A stretch of DNA of 64,000 nt from a bacterium (GTDB lineage: Bacteria; JAHJDO01): the NCBI GenBank assembly GCA_043824255.1, contig JBDRTG010000020.1, positions 1 to 64,000 of the forward strand, written 5' to 3'. Below are positions 38,413 through 48,694 of this stretch, piece after piece; position 1 is the stretch's first letter, and every line of letters begins with the position of its first letter. Under the pieces are notes generated by a model. That model was given only the letters and a program-made list of their open reading frames with translations, was not told the DNA's origin and made no database searches. Both the position numbers and the translations under genes were made by a program.

Positions 38413-39525
38413 ATGTTTGAAATAGTTGAAGACAGTAAGGCAGGTGCAAGCATCAAACTAGTTGGCGTTGGCGGAGGAGGTAATAATTCCGTAGATGCAA
38501 TATATATAAAAGGCCTCTCTGGAGTAGAATGTATTAATATTAACACAGATATACAGGCTCTTAAAGCATCTATTGTTCCCCATAAAATTCAAATCGGGCT
38601 AAAGACAACAGAAGGAGTTGGAACAGGTTCTAATATAGATTTAGGACGTCGCAGCCTGAATGAAAGTAGAGCAGAAGTTGCTGAAGCATTAAAAAACTCA
38701 GATATTGTATTTGTGACCTGTGGGCTTGGAGGTGGAACAGGAACAGGAGCAGCACCACTAATCTGTGAAATTGCCCAGGAACTGGGGGCGCTAACAATAG
38801 CAATAGTTACAAGTCCTTTTCTATTTGAAGGGAAAAAAAGATGTTTGCAGGCTAAAGACGGATTAAGAACAATAAAAGAAAAATCAAATGCAACAATCTC
38901 TATACCGAACCAGAAACTTTTTGGGACAATTGACAAAGAATCATCTTTTTTAAAAGCATTTGAATTTGCAAACAACACTTTATTTGACGCCATTAGTGCA
39001 ATCTCTGACCTGGTAACTGCCCCGGGAATAATAAATCTTGATATATCAGACATTCGGCAGGTAATAGCCCATGGCAAGGAGGCTACCTTAGCAGTAGGAA
39101 CTGCATATGGTGAAGAGAGAACATCCTCTGTTGTAAAAAATGCTCTTTTATGTCCGCTCCTGGAAGAGGTTGATGTTAAGAGTGCAAAGACAATGCTTGT
39201 TAATGTAACAGGCGACGAAGATCTCAGCTTTGGAGAAGTTGAAAAAATCATTGATAATGTTCGTAAGGCAGTTACACACAGTGTCAATATAGTATTTGGG
39301 GCTATTATAGATAAAAAAGTGAATAATAAGCTGAAACTTACAATTATTGCTACTGATATCCCATCTCTAGAAAAAAATGAGGCGAAATTCATCTCAGACG
39401 TCTCAGGAGTTCATAGAAAGGAAGCTACAATAAAGGATCGAGTTATGCGGGAAAAAGTGAATAGGGAGCTAGGAGGTGACAGCAATTTAGACATACCAAC
39501 ATTTTTAAGAACTAAACCAAGTTAG
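38413..39525 (+). CDS. ftsZ: Cell division protein FtsZ (divergent)
   Basis: GVGGGGNN, NTD, GLGGGTGTG, PFLFEG, INLDISD, C-terminal LDIPTFLR. Confidence 0.95.
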   Translation: MFEIVEDSKAGASIKLVGVGGGGNNSVDAIYIKGLSGVECININTDIQALKASIVPHKIQIGLKTTEGVGTGSNIDLGRRSLNESRAEVAEALKNSDIVFVTCGLGGGTGTGAAPLICEIAQELGALTIAIVTSPFLFEGKKRCLQAKDGLRTIKEKSNATISIPNQKLFGTIDKESSFLKAFEFANNTLFDAISAISDLVTAPGIINLDISDIRQVIAHGKEATLAVGTAYGEERTSSVVKNALLCPLLEEVDVKSAKTMLVNVTGDEDLSFGEVEKIIDNVRKAVTHSVNIVFGAIIDKKVNNKLKLTIIATDIPSLEKNEAKFISDVSGVHRKEATIKDRVMREKVNRELGGDSNLDIPTFLRTKPS

Positions 39526-39576
39526 ACCGCACCAGAAGTGCAGTATTCGCCTCTAGTGACTTACTTCTAACGTGGT
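39526..39576. repeat. Degenerate palindromic element after ftsZ, related to the rnr element
   Basis: ACCGCACCAGAAGT ... ACTTCTAACGTGGT; arms 10/14 complementary, all differences transitions. Confidence 0.5.
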
Positions 39577-39598
39577 AAAACAGGATACAAGGAGAAAA

Positions 39599-40687
39599 AT
39601 GGACATAGGAAAATATCTCGAAGAACTGGTTCAAAAAAACGGTACGGATTTACATCTAAAAGCGGGCAGCTCTGCTAAAATTAGAATAAATGGAGAGTTA
39701 TGTTCATATGGCGAAATACTTTCTTCAAAAGATACAAGAGAAATTGCTCTTGAGTTAATGAATGACGAACAAAAGCAAAAGTTTAATAAAGAATTTGAGA
39801 TGGATATTTCATACGGAGTCTCGAATTTAGGACGCTTCAGGATTAATATTTTCTATCAGAGGGGAACGATAGGACTGGTTTTGAGAAGGATAAGAACACA
39901 TATAGGGTCATTTAAAGAGCTAAATCTGCCTTCTACGTTAGAGAAGATATCCCTATCAAACAGAGGTTTAATCATTGTTTCTGGCACAACAAGTTGTGGG
40001 AAATCAACAACCATTGCATCTATGATAAATTATATAAACGAGAACTTGAATCGTCATATTATCACAGTTGAAGACCCTATTGAGTTTCTCCATAAAGACA
40101 AAAAAAGCATTGTGAATCAGAGAGAAGTACATATAGATACATCTTCATATTCTATTGCATTACGCCATGCCATGCGCCAGGATCCAGATGTTATTCTAAT
40201 AGGCGAAATGAGAGATATTGAAAGTTTCCATATTGCTCTAGGTGCGGCAGAAACAGGACATATTGTACTTACAACACTTCATTCAACTGACATATCAGGC
40301 GTATTTGGCAGAATACTTGATTTTTTCCCTCCGTCTCAACATCATCAGATCAGAATGCAACTTTCTCTTAATCTTAAGGCTGTCATTTGCCAGCGGCTTA
40401 TACCAAGAATGGACAAGGATGGAGCAACACCTGCAGTAGAAATATTAATAAACACACCTGTGGTTTCCAGATTAATAAGGGAAAATAGACTGAATAAGAT
40501 AATAGCGGCTATTCAAGGCGGAGTGGAAGATGGTATGCAAACATTTAATATGTCTCTGGTTGAATTATGTAAAGAGGGCTTTATAAGTAGAGACCAGGCT
40601 ATGGCCAATGCAACAAATCCTGAAGCGTTAAAAATGAACCTGCAAGGAATCTTTCTTGATGAGGATAAACAGATACTCGGCAGTTGA
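39599..40687 (+). CDS. pilT: PilT/PilU family type IV pilus retraction ATPase
   Basis: Walker A GTTSCGKST, TVEDPIEF, RQDPDVILIGEMRD, AETGH..TTLH, GMQTFN; SD AAGGAG. Confidence 0.9.
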   Translation: MDIGKYLEELVQKNGTDLHLKAGSSAKIRINGELCSYGEILSSKDTREIALELMNDEQKQKFNKEFEMDISYGVSNLGRFRINIFYQRGTIGLVLRRIRTHIGSFKELNLPSTLEKISLSNRGLIIVSGTTSCGKSTTIASMINYINENLNRHIITVEDPIEFLHKDKKSIVNQREVHIDTSSYSIALRHAMRQDPDVILIGEMRDIESFHIALGAAETGHIVLTTLHSTDISGVFGRILDFFPPSQHHQIRMQLSLNLKAVICQRLIPRMDKDGATPAVEILINTPVVSRLIRENRLNKIIAAIQGGVEDGMQTFNMSLVELCKEGFISRDQAMANATNPEALKMNLQGIFLDEDKQILGS

Positions 40688-41279
40688 AGTCTTAAGAAAA
40701 GGTGGAGTTGTAGTTTTCCCGACTGACACTGTTTATGGTCTTGGATGCATATGTAACATAGAACAGTCCATAGATAGAATTTATAATCTAAAAAACAGAG
40801 ACCGTAGAAAACCTTTAATTTTATTTATTTCAGACTTAAAGCAAGTAGAAGATATTGCTTATGATATTCAGCCAATAGCAAGAAAGCTTATGAACAAGTT
40901 TTGGCCTGGTCCGCTTACAATTATCTTAAGAGCAAAAGAAAATATTCCAATATCTCAAGCATGCATCTTTAAAAGAGATAACTTCAATACAATAAGTTTT
41001 AGAATACCCAATCATCCAATCCCTCGATTTCTAGTAAGGGAATTAGGAGTGCCTCTTGCCACAACAAGTGCTAATCTTTCCGGATATAACCATCAAGCAA
41101 CTTCAATTAAGGTGCTGGAGAAGATATTTGAGAATAAAGTAGATTTATGTATTGATGATAACGAAATGTCAATTGGAATAGAATCCACTGTTATTGACTG
41201 CAGTGTCAGTCCCCCCTCAATATTACGTGAAGGTGCCATAATAAATCAGATAAAATCATGCTTAATGCACTTTCAATAG
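40659..41279 (+). CDS. tsaC: L-threonylcarbamoyladenylate synthase (YrdC/Sua5)
   Basis: FPTDTVYGL, FWPGPLT, RIPNHP, TTSANLSG, STVID. Confidence 0.94.
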   Translation: MRINRYSAVEVLRKGGVVVFPTDTVYGLGCICNIEQSIDRIYNLKNRDRRKPLILFISDLKQVEDIAYDIQPIARKLMNKFWPGPLTIILRAKENIPISQACIFKRDNFNTISFRIPNHPIPRFLVRELGVPLATTSANLSGYNHQATSIKVLEKIFENKVDLCIDDNEMSIGIESTVIDCSVSPPSILREGAIINQIKSCLMHFQ

Positions 41280-42704
41280 ATGTAGAAGAGCGGCATTAAA
41301 AATATTATCCAACCCTAAAATACAATATGGGTCAAGTGTTTTCTTAACCCTTACCATCTCTAATATTCCTTCTCTGCCATACATTACTTCCAAATACTTA
41401 TGCTTTATCTTCCCTATGCCGTGTTCTGCAGACACTGTTCCTCCCATTTCCACTGCTTTATGGACAGCTTTGTTACATACATCATTAACTATTGTTTTTT
41501 CTTTCTCATTCTTTGGGAAGAGATTAAGATGCAGATGGTTTTCTCCAATATGTCCATATAGAACAAATTGAATCTTCCCATTATTTAAAGCATGTTTATA
41601 AAAATAGAAAAGCTCCCCAAATGATTCATCAGGCACAGCAATATCAAGAGCAATCTTGTGTGATTTGATCTCTTTAAAGTAATCCCTTACCTTTTCCGGA
41701 AGCTTATGCCGAAAATCTATTAGTTCCTGATATCTCTTTTTATCCTGGCTTATCCATGTATCAACAACTTCATATTTATCCAGAAGATTTAACCATGCAT
41801 CCAGAGTATTTTCTCCTTCTTCTTCCTCTATATAGACAGCTGCTGTTGAACTATCTGGTATACTCTGAAAATCGCTTCTTAAAAAATCCAGGCTGTTTTT
41901 GTTAAAATATTCTAATGAAACTGGTTTCAGGTCTGAATTATTCTTAATCTCAGAAACAAATTCTAAAAGCCTTTGCTCATCAGGCAGAAAAACAACCATT
42001 ATAAACATGGACAGCAAATCATCAATTATTTCAACCTCTGCTTCTGTAATCACTCCTAATGTGCCCTCTGAACCAATGAATAAATCAATTAAATCCATTT
42101 GTGGCTTCGAAAAATAACCTGCAGAATTCTTAATTTGCGGGCTGATATAAGAGGGAATCTTGACGCTTAATTCATCTATTCTAATAACTCCCTCCTTATC
42201 TGCAAAAATCTCTCCTCTTTCTATCTCCAGAAACTTGCCTGTAGAAAGCAGGACTTTAATCCTTCTTACATAATTGCGTGTTGATCCAAAGTAATAGCTG
42301 TATTCTCCAGAAGCATTAGTAGCAATATTCCCTCCAATAAAGGCTGTTCTTTCTGTTGGAAATGGCGGGTAAAACAAGTTCTGTTTAGCCAATGCTCCTA
42401 AAAAATCATTAATAATCACCCCTGACTGCAAAACAGCTCTTTTGTTTTCTTTGTCTATTGAGAGAATTTTATTCAGCCTCTCTACTGAAAGAATGGCACC
42501 GTTTTTCGGAATTCTACTGCCGACTGTTCCTGTTCCTCCAGCAGAAACAGTTAAAGGAACTCTCTTTCTAGCACATTCGCAAACAGCCTCTTTTACTTCC
42601 TCCTCAGTTTCCGGGATATAAAGAATATCAGCATTACCTCCCTCTAAATTGGAAGCATCCTCTAAATAACCAAGTATCTGGTCTTTCTCTCTTTTAATTA
42701 TCAT
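41262..42704 (-). CDS. FAD-binding oxidoreductase (GlcD/D-lactate dehydrogenase-like)
   Basis: AGGTG, IGGNIATNASG, FIGSEGTLGVIT, GHIGENHLH, SAEHGIG. Confidence 0.92.
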   Translation of the reverse strand: MIIKREKDQILGYLEDASNLEGGNADILYIPETEEEVKEAVCECARKRVPLTVSAGGTGTVGSRIPKNGAILSVERLNKILSIDKENKRAVLQSGVIINDFLGALAKQNLFYPPFPTERTAFIGGNIATNASGEYSYYFGSTRNYVRRIKVLLSTGKFLEIERGEIFADKEGVIRIDELSVKIPSYISPQIKNSAGYFSKPQMDLIDLFIGSEGTLGVITEAEVEIIDDLLSMFIMVVFLPDEQRLLEFVSEIKNNSDLKPVSLEYFNKNSLDFLRSDFQSIPDSSTAAVYIEEEEGENTLDAWLNLLDKYEVVDTWISQDKKRYQELIDFRHKLPEKVRDYFKEIKSHKIALDIAVPDESFGELFYFYKHALNNGKIQFVLYGHIGENHLHLNLFPKNEKEKTIVNDVCNKAVHKAVEMGGTVSAEHGIGKIKHKYLEVMYGREGILEMVRVKKTLDPYCILGLDNIFNAALLHLLKVH

Positions 42705-42710
42705 GTATTT

Positions 42711-43514
42711 CTAAAAATCGAAAATTTGATTCAGCTCTTTCTTTGACAGGACAGTTCCATATTCAGAACATTCAAAAGCCTCTGCATACTTTACCTTCTT
42801 CCCTTTCTCTTTCCCATATTTTTCTACAAGCTTATCTCTAAAGCGATTAGCTATATCAATATCTTGCTGCCCTCTCCATTCCTTCAGCCACCTCTTCTTT
42901 TCATCTTCTTTATCAGGTATCTCGTCTAACCAGCCTTTTTCCCATGGAAGCCACTGGTAAAACTGGGAGATATGGCAGTGAAGCATATCTATCTTTGTAT
43001 CTATTGCAGAATCTATATCAAAAACAATATCAGGAGTAAATGGATAAGGTTTTTGAAAACTATCTCTTACATAAAGATACGTGGGATTTTTCGCTAGTGG
43101 TTGGGTTAGAGGACAAACATTTGGGTTATTGACAGCTGTTGATGTATCCTGAACAAGTTGTGAGGTATTTCTGTGATCAGGATGATAGTCGTTTGGCCTG
43201 TGAGAAATAATTATATCTGCTTTGAACTCCCTAATTATCTCTATAAGCCTGTGTCTATATGGAAGATTTACTTCAAGCCCATTATTTGGAATATCCATTA
43301 TTAGTGATTCTGCGTCAATAACAGAAGCTGCATTCTGGGCTTCTTTCTGCCTTATTCTCACAAGTTCAACCCCTCCTATTTCGAAATGTCCTGTGCATCC
43401 ATTTGTCATGGACATAAATCTCAATCTATATCCTTTCTTCCTACACAATGCAGCGAAACCTCCTGTGCGAACCTCGCAATCATCAGGATGAGCTCCTATT
43501 ACGAGAATATTCAT
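42711..43514 (-). CDS. PIG-L/LmbE family deacetylase
   Basis: MNILVIGAHPDDCE, DYHPDH, HISQ, YAEAFE. Start moved to 43514 to avoid a long cysS overlap. Confidence 0.9.
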   Translation of the reverse strand: MNILVIGAHPDDCEVRTGGFAALCRKKGYRLRFMSMTNGCTGHFEIGGVELVRIRQKEAQNAASVIDAESLIMDIPNNGLEVNLPYRHRLIEIIREFKADIIISHRPNDYHPDHRNTSQLVQDTSTAVNNPNVCPLTQPLAKNPTYLYVRDSFQKPYPFTPDIVFDIDSAIDTKIDMLHCHISQFYQWLPWEKGWLDEIPDKEDEKKRWLKEWRGQQDIDIANRFRDKLVEKYGKEKGKKVKYAEAFECSEYGTVLSKKELNQIFDF

Positions 43515-43539
43515 ATTATCTTTCCTTTCTTTAATATTC

Positions 43540-44922
43540 CTATTTCTTCTTCCATGCAGTTGTTCCGTCAGGATTGTCTTTGAGAACAATGCCTCTCTCT
43601 TCCAGCAGGCTCCGAATTCTGTCTGCTCCTTGCCAGTCACTCTTTCTGCGAGCTTTCGTTCGTTCTTTAATTAAATCCAGCAAATCTTTATCCAATTCCT
43701 TATCCTCTATCCTTGGCAGGATCCCAAGTATAGAACAAAATGTTTCCAGATTAAGAATATCTTGTTTTAATTGAGCAGAGTCTTTGTTCTTATCTGCTAT
43801 TAAGCTATTAATTTCAGTTATTAAATCAAATACAACTCCCAGAGCAGATGCTGTATTAAAATCATCGTCCATAGCTTCCTCAAACTTGTTCATCCATTCT
43901 ATATGTATATTTTTTTGAGGCGTATCTAAATCCTTTATATTTTCCCTAATGTTGTCAAAACAATTTTCTATTCTCTCAAAAGCTTTCCCTGATTCAGCGA
44001 GACTTTCGTCGCTAAAATCAAGCGGGCTGCGGTAGTGAGCAGATATCATAAAATATCGTACAACCCGAGACCTAAACCTTTTAAGTATGTCTCTCACTAA
44101 AAAGAAATTGTCAAGAGATTTAGACATCTTCTCTCCATTAATATTTAGAAACCCGTTATGCAGCCAATACTTAACAAAGGTCTTGCCCGTTGCTGCCTCA
44201 CTTTGGGCTATTTCATTTTCATGATGAGGGAAGATCAGGTCCTGTCCACCGGAATGTATATCAAATGTTTCTCCAAGGTATTTCATACTCATAGCAGAAC
44301 ATTCAATATGCCATCCAGGCCTGCCCCTACCCCACGGACTGTTCCAGTTTGGTTCATCAGCTTTAGCGCTTTTCCATAGAGCAAAATCGCGGGAAGACTT
44401 CTTGCGCTTGTCTATTGCCACTCTTGCGCACTGCTTCATCTCATCAAGCAGACGATTTGATAACTTGCCATAATCAGAAAACTTGCCTACTTCAAAAAAT
44501 ACATCTTCATCAATCTGATAGGCAAAACCTGCATCCATAAGCTTTTTAATCAAAGAAATAATATCTGAAACATGTTCAGTTGCCTTTGGACATATATCAG
44601 GTTTTACAATTCCCAAAATTTCCAAGTCCTCAAAAAAAGCGTCTGTATACTTATTAGCTATACTCTCAGCAGATACCTTCTCTTTATTCGCCCTGTTTAT
44701 AATCTTATCATCAATATCTGTAATATTCTGGATAAATGTAACTTTATACCCCTTATATTTGAGATATCTCCTTATTACATCAAATACAATAAAATTCCTT
44801 GCATTCCCTGCATGAAAATAATCATACACTGTAGGACCGCAATTATACATCCCGACTTTGCCTGGAACTAGAGAGTGAAACTCCTCTTTTTTACCTGTAA
44901 GTGTATTATAAACCCTAAGCAT
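43540..44922 (-). CDS. cysS: Cysteine--tRNA ligase
   Basis: [33 protein letters not shown]. Confidence 0.97.
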   Translation of the reverse strand: MLRVYNTLTGKKEEFHSLVPGKVGMYNCGPTVYDYFHAGNARNFIVFDVIRRYLKYKGYKVTFIQNITDIDDKIINRANKEKVSAESIANKYTDAFFEDLEILGIVKPDICPKATEHVSDIISLIKKLMDAGFAYQIDEDVFFEVGKFSDYGKLSNRLLDEMKQCARVAIDKRKKSSRDFALWKSAKADEPNWNSPWGRGRPGWHIECSAMSMKYLGETFDIHSGGQDLIFPHHENEIAQSEAATGKTFVKYWLHNGFLNINGEKMSKSLDNFFLVRDILKRFRSRVVRYFMISAHYRSPLDFSDESLAESGKAFERIENCFDNIRENIKDLDTPQKNIHIEWMNKFEEAMDDDFNTASALGVVFDLITEINSLIADKNKDSAQLKQDILNLETFCSILGILPRIEDKELDKDLLDLIKERTKARRKSDWQGADRIRSLLEERGIVLKDNPDGTTAWKKK

Positions 44923-45568
44923 TTTTATGTTTTCCCCTCTCCCAATTCTTTATTTGAGAGGAGGTTTCATTTATCATCTTCTCCAGATGTTTAATTTTTT
45001 CTGCAATTGGATCTGGCAAGTTTGTGTGATCAAGGCTTATGCCAGCAACCTTTCTCCCCTTCTTTCGCGTTATCCTCCCCGGAATACCAACAACCGTGCA
45101 ATCCGAAGGTACATTCTTTAGTACTACAGCATTAGCGCCAACCATTACATTATTGCCAATTGCAATATTTCCCAGAATCTTTGCTCCTGCACCTACAACA
45201 ATGTTATTCCCAAGCGTAGGGTGCCTCTTCCCCTTTTCCTTGCCTGTTCCTCCAAGTGTAACACCTTGAAATAGGGTTACATTGTCCCCAATAACTGTTG
45301 TCTCTCCAATTACAACCCCCATGCCGTGATCAATAAAGAATCCTCTGCTGATCTCTGCGCCGGGATGAATCTCAACTCCTGTAAAAAACCTGGCTATTTG
45401 GGATATAAGTCTCGGGAAGAATGGCACATCTCTCTTATGGAGATAATGAGCAATTCTGTACCACATAATTGCGTGAAGCCCTGCATATGTTAAAACCTCC
45501 AATATATTCCTTGCTGCAGGATCCCTGTCAAACACAGCCTGTATATCATGTCTTAATGTTTGAAACAT
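44915..45568 (-). CDS. cysE: Serine O-acetyltransferase
   Basis: [31 protein letters not shown]. Confidence 0.97.
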   Translation of the reverse strand: MFQTLRHDIQAVFDRDPAARNILEVLTYAGLHAIMWYRIAHYLHKRDVPFFPRLISQIARFFTGVEIHPGAEISRGFFIDHGMGVVIGETTVIGDNVTLFQGVTLGGTGKEKGKRHPTLGNNIVVGAGAKILGNIAIGNNVMVGANAVVLKNVPSDCTVVGIPGRITRKKGRKVAGISLDHTNLPDPIAEKIKHLEKMINETSSQIKNWERGKHKNA

Positions 45569-45636
45569 TAGCTACCTCCTTTTCTGGACTCAAAAACAAA
45601 ATACCATTTTTGCTCCTTAAAAACAACCAGATTCTC

Positions 45637-45665
45637 TTGACACTGTGTGCTGTAGTTGGCATACT
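45637..45665 (+). promoter_or_regulatory. Sigma70-type promoter for MFS-ROK
   Basis: TTGACA-17-CATACT with a TG extension. Confidence 0.6.
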
Positions 45666-45682
45666 AGCCGGGAGAAAGTTCA

Positions 45683-46834
45683 ATGGTAGATATATTTGTA
45701 ATCCCTTTTATATATGCTTTTATCGGCTCAAGTCTCTTTATTGCAATCCCGCTTCGTGTAATTGATTTAGGAGTCAGCAATCCGTTTGTTTTGGGTCTGG
45801 CAGGAACTGCATTTTCAATCTTCTACGTGCCATTATGTATACTTCAAAGTTTGCTGTCAAATCGCATCAATAAAAGAACCGCTATTCTGTCTGTATCCAT
45901 TACATATCCTTTTATAATACTTGGATTTCTGTTATTCAATAATATTCATGCTATCATTGTGTTGTGCGGGTTAATGGGTATAGTTCTGTCAATGTTCTGG
46001 CCTACATATCAATCTCATATAACTATTGGACTAGATCCTGCCCAGGCTACCCGCAGTCTTCAAGAATTCAATATTGGGTGGGGTTCTGCCGGAATTATAG
46101 GCTGTTTCATGGGCGGGCTTATCATTTCAGGCATAAATATTAAGATGTTATTTATTCTTAACCTGATAATGAGTTTTATAGGAATATATCTTGTAACCAG
46201 ACATATCCATAATAAATTAACTAATCCAATAATAGAATGTGCTACTCAAAATAAGCAGAGCGATCAATCGCAGTCCAAATTCTTCCTGATACTTGCATGG
46301 ATAGGTGTATTTGCTGTGTTCTTTTCTATGGGAGTTATAGTCTGGCTTTTCCCGAAATTTGCTACAGATCTTGGCGTGTCTCCATTAATCATAGGTTTCC
46401 TCAGAGCAGTTTTGGGAATATTTCAGGTTGTAATATTTTTTATTCTCAGATTAAATCATAGATGGCAGTACTCATTCTCACATCTGTTTTTCTATGAGCT
46501 TATGCTAATATCCGGACTTCTAATACTTGTTTTCTCCCATAATGTTATGTGGTGGACATTAGCTTTTCCCCTGATAGGAGTAACTGTCGGCTTTTTATAT
46601 TCTTCAAGTTTATTCTACAGTTCACAAGCACGGAGCGAAAAAAGGGAAAAAACAGGTTTTCATGAAGCGATCTTAGTGGGGGGAAGTTTATTGGGAACAT
46701 TTCTTGGCGGAATTACAGCAAAACTATTTTCTGCATCTGGAGCATATTCCATGTGTGTAATTTTTATGATTATTTGTATTATTATCCAGTTTACTATTCG
46801 CTTTAGATATAAAACAAGGGGGTATTATGAATAA
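45683..46834 (+). CDS. MFS transporter
   Basis: About 12 hydrophobic segments in two halves; LSNRINKR loop. Confidence 0.85.
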   Translation: MVDIFVIPFIYAFIGSSLFIAIPLRVIDLGVSNPFVLGLAGTAFSIFYVPLCILQSLLSNRINKRTAILSVSITYPFIILGFLLFNNIHAIIVLCGLMGIVLSMFWPTYQSHITIGLDPAQATRSLQEFNIGWGSAGIIGCFMGGLIISGINIKMLFILNLIMSFIGIYLVTRHIHNKLTNPIIECATQNKQSDQSQSKFFLILAWIGVFAVFFSMGVIVWLFPKFATDLGVSPLIIGFLRAVLGIFQVVIFFILRLNHRWQYSFSHLFFYELMLISGLLILVFSHNVMWWTLAFPLIGVTVGFLYSSSLFYSSQARSEKREKTGFHEAILVGGSLLGTFLGGITAKLFSASGAYSMCVIFMIICIIIQFTIRFRYKTRGYYE

Positions 46835-47804
46835 AACTTTTTTAATTGGCATAGACCTTGGAGGAACAAATTTAAAGACAGGCCTCGTAAATATGGATGG
46901 TAAAATCTTAAAAAAGATTATAGCCAATACTGGAGAGGGTAAGGATATTGTATTGAAACAAATTGTTAAAGCTATTAAGAATATTATAAGTAAGGCAGGA
47001 AAAGATAAATCAGAAATTATGGGTATTGGCATAGGATCACCAGGTCTTGCAGATAGTGAAAAAGGAATAATACGCGGATTAACAAACATTGAAGGATTTG
47101 AGAATGTGCATATGAAGGAATATGTTGAATCTGCTCTAGATATTCCAACGTTTATTGATAATGATGTTAATATCATGGCGTACGGCGAACTAAAATGCGG
47201 CGCAGGGAGAAATGCAATGAATATTGTATGCCTGACTCTGGGTACAGGTGTCGGTGGAGGGATAATAATAGATGGAAAGATCTATCGTGGAAGCTCACTT
47301 AGCGCAGGAGAAATCGGACACATACCAGTAAATGTTGATGGCCCGAAATGCATATGCGGCGGAAGAGCATGCCTTGAAAGCTATATCGGCAGAGATAGAA
47401 TCATAAAAAGAACTATTGAAAAACTCACACGGAGAAAAGAAAGCATAATTCCAAAACTGGTTGAAGGAGATTTGGAGAAAATAACACCCAAGATTGTTTA
47501 CGAAGCTGCGGCAGCGGGAGACATGCTTGCAATTGAAATATGGAGAGAAACTGCCCAATATCTGGCAACTGCGCTTGCCGGTATTATAAACGTTCTAAAT
47601 CCTGAGCTAATAGTAATTGGCGGTGGAATAGCTAATACTGGCAAGTATCTCTTTGACCCACTTAGAGATATGATTAAAGAACGGATTTTCCCATTTCTTG
47701 CAGAAAAAATCAGGATTGTGCACGCTCAGCTTGGAGAAGAAGCTGGCATAATCGGTTCAGCAATGCTGGCAAAGGATAGTATTAGTAGATCAGAAAGTTC
47801 TTAA
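46827..47804 (+). CDS. ROK family sugar kinase (glucokinase-like)
   Basis: GIDLGGT, NDVN, LGTGVGGG, AGEIGH, CICGGRACLE. Confidence 0.94.
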   Translation: MNKTFLIGIDLGGTNLKTGLVNMDGKILKKIIANTGEGKDIVLKQIVKAIKNIISKAGKDKSEIMGIGIGSPGLADSEKGIIRGLTNIEGFENVHMKEYVESALDIPTFIDNDVNIMAYGELKCGAGRNAMNIVCLTLGTGVGGGIIIDGKIYRGSSLSAGEIGHIPVNVDGPKCICGGRACLESYIGRDRIIKRTIEKLTRRKESIIPKLVEGDLEKITPKIVYEAAAAGDMLAIEIWRETAQYLATALAGIINVLNPELIVIGGGIANTGKYLFDPLRDMIKERIFPFLAEKIRIVHAQLGEEAGIIGSAMLAKDSISRSESS

Positions 47805-48581
47805 AAACTCAACAGCTTTCTTAATGTCTTCTATGCGATTATCCCCTGCTTCCCTTTCAACCGTGAGGTATCCATTATATCCTATGTCATCAAGAGCCTT
47901 AAGATAATACTTGAAAACAACCCCTCCTTCGCCAAGAGGAAGTTCTATGTACTTGCCTTTACCAAGACATACACCATCCTTTGCATGAGTGTGGCAGATA
48001 TAATCTTTAAGAATTTCTACTCCTCCTATATGATCAAACGGGCCACACATTACCAGGTTTGCAGGGTCATAGTTCACACCAATTCCTTTACATGAAACCT
48101 TATCCAGAAATACTCTAAGTTCTTTTGGATCTTCGGGTCCTGTTTCAGTTGCTAGTATAACATCCCTTTCTTCGGCATATCTTCCAAGCTCAACAGTTGT
48201 CCTGAACGTCTCCTGATAAACTGGACGGCTCTCATCCTGCGGAAACTTACCTATATGCATAGTTACAATCTTTGTGTCCAAATCACATGCTAAATCAATG
48301 CATTTTTTTATCCTAGGGATATTGATCTTGTTGAATTCAGCATCAGTAAAACCTTTGATCCAGTCAAAATCACCGCAAAGTGCTGTGATTTCTAATCCCA
48401 GCCCACTTACAAATTTCTTAAGTTCGCCTCTTTTTTCTTTTGAGAAATTGTCAGGATAAAGCTCTCCACTTGTTACAGAAAGCTGACATCCATCTGCTCC
48501 AATCTCTTTTGCTTTTTTTACGCCATCCCAGACCCCGAGCTTTAAGTTATCAACAAACACACCAATCTTCCTTTTAGCCAT
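47790..48581 (-). CDS. Sugar phosphate isomerase/epimerase (xylose isomerase-like TIM barrel)
   Basis: ATETGPE, NYDPAN, HTHAKD, LGEG, GYLTVERE; SD AGGAG before ATG 48581. Confidence 0.9.
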   Translation of the reverse strand: MAKRKIGVFVDNLKLGVWDGVKKAKEIGADGCQLSVTSGELYPDNFSKEKRGELKKFVSGLGLEITALCGDFDWIKGFTDAEFNKINIPRIKKCIDLACDLDTKIVTMHIGKFPQDESRPVYQETFRTTVELGRYAEERDVILATETGPEDPKELRVFLDKVSCKGIGVNYDPANLVMCGPFDHIGGVEILKDYICHTHAKDGVCLGKGKYIELPLGEGGVVFKYYLKALDDIGYNGYLTVEREAGDNRIEDIKKAVEFLRTF

Positions 48582-48694
48582 TATTACTCTCCTATGCTCC
48601 CGTTTTTTAAAAATCATTCTTTACTACAAAATTTAGCAAATAAATATAAGAATGTCTATGGAAACAAGCAAGAAGACGGATGATAGCTGCAGGA

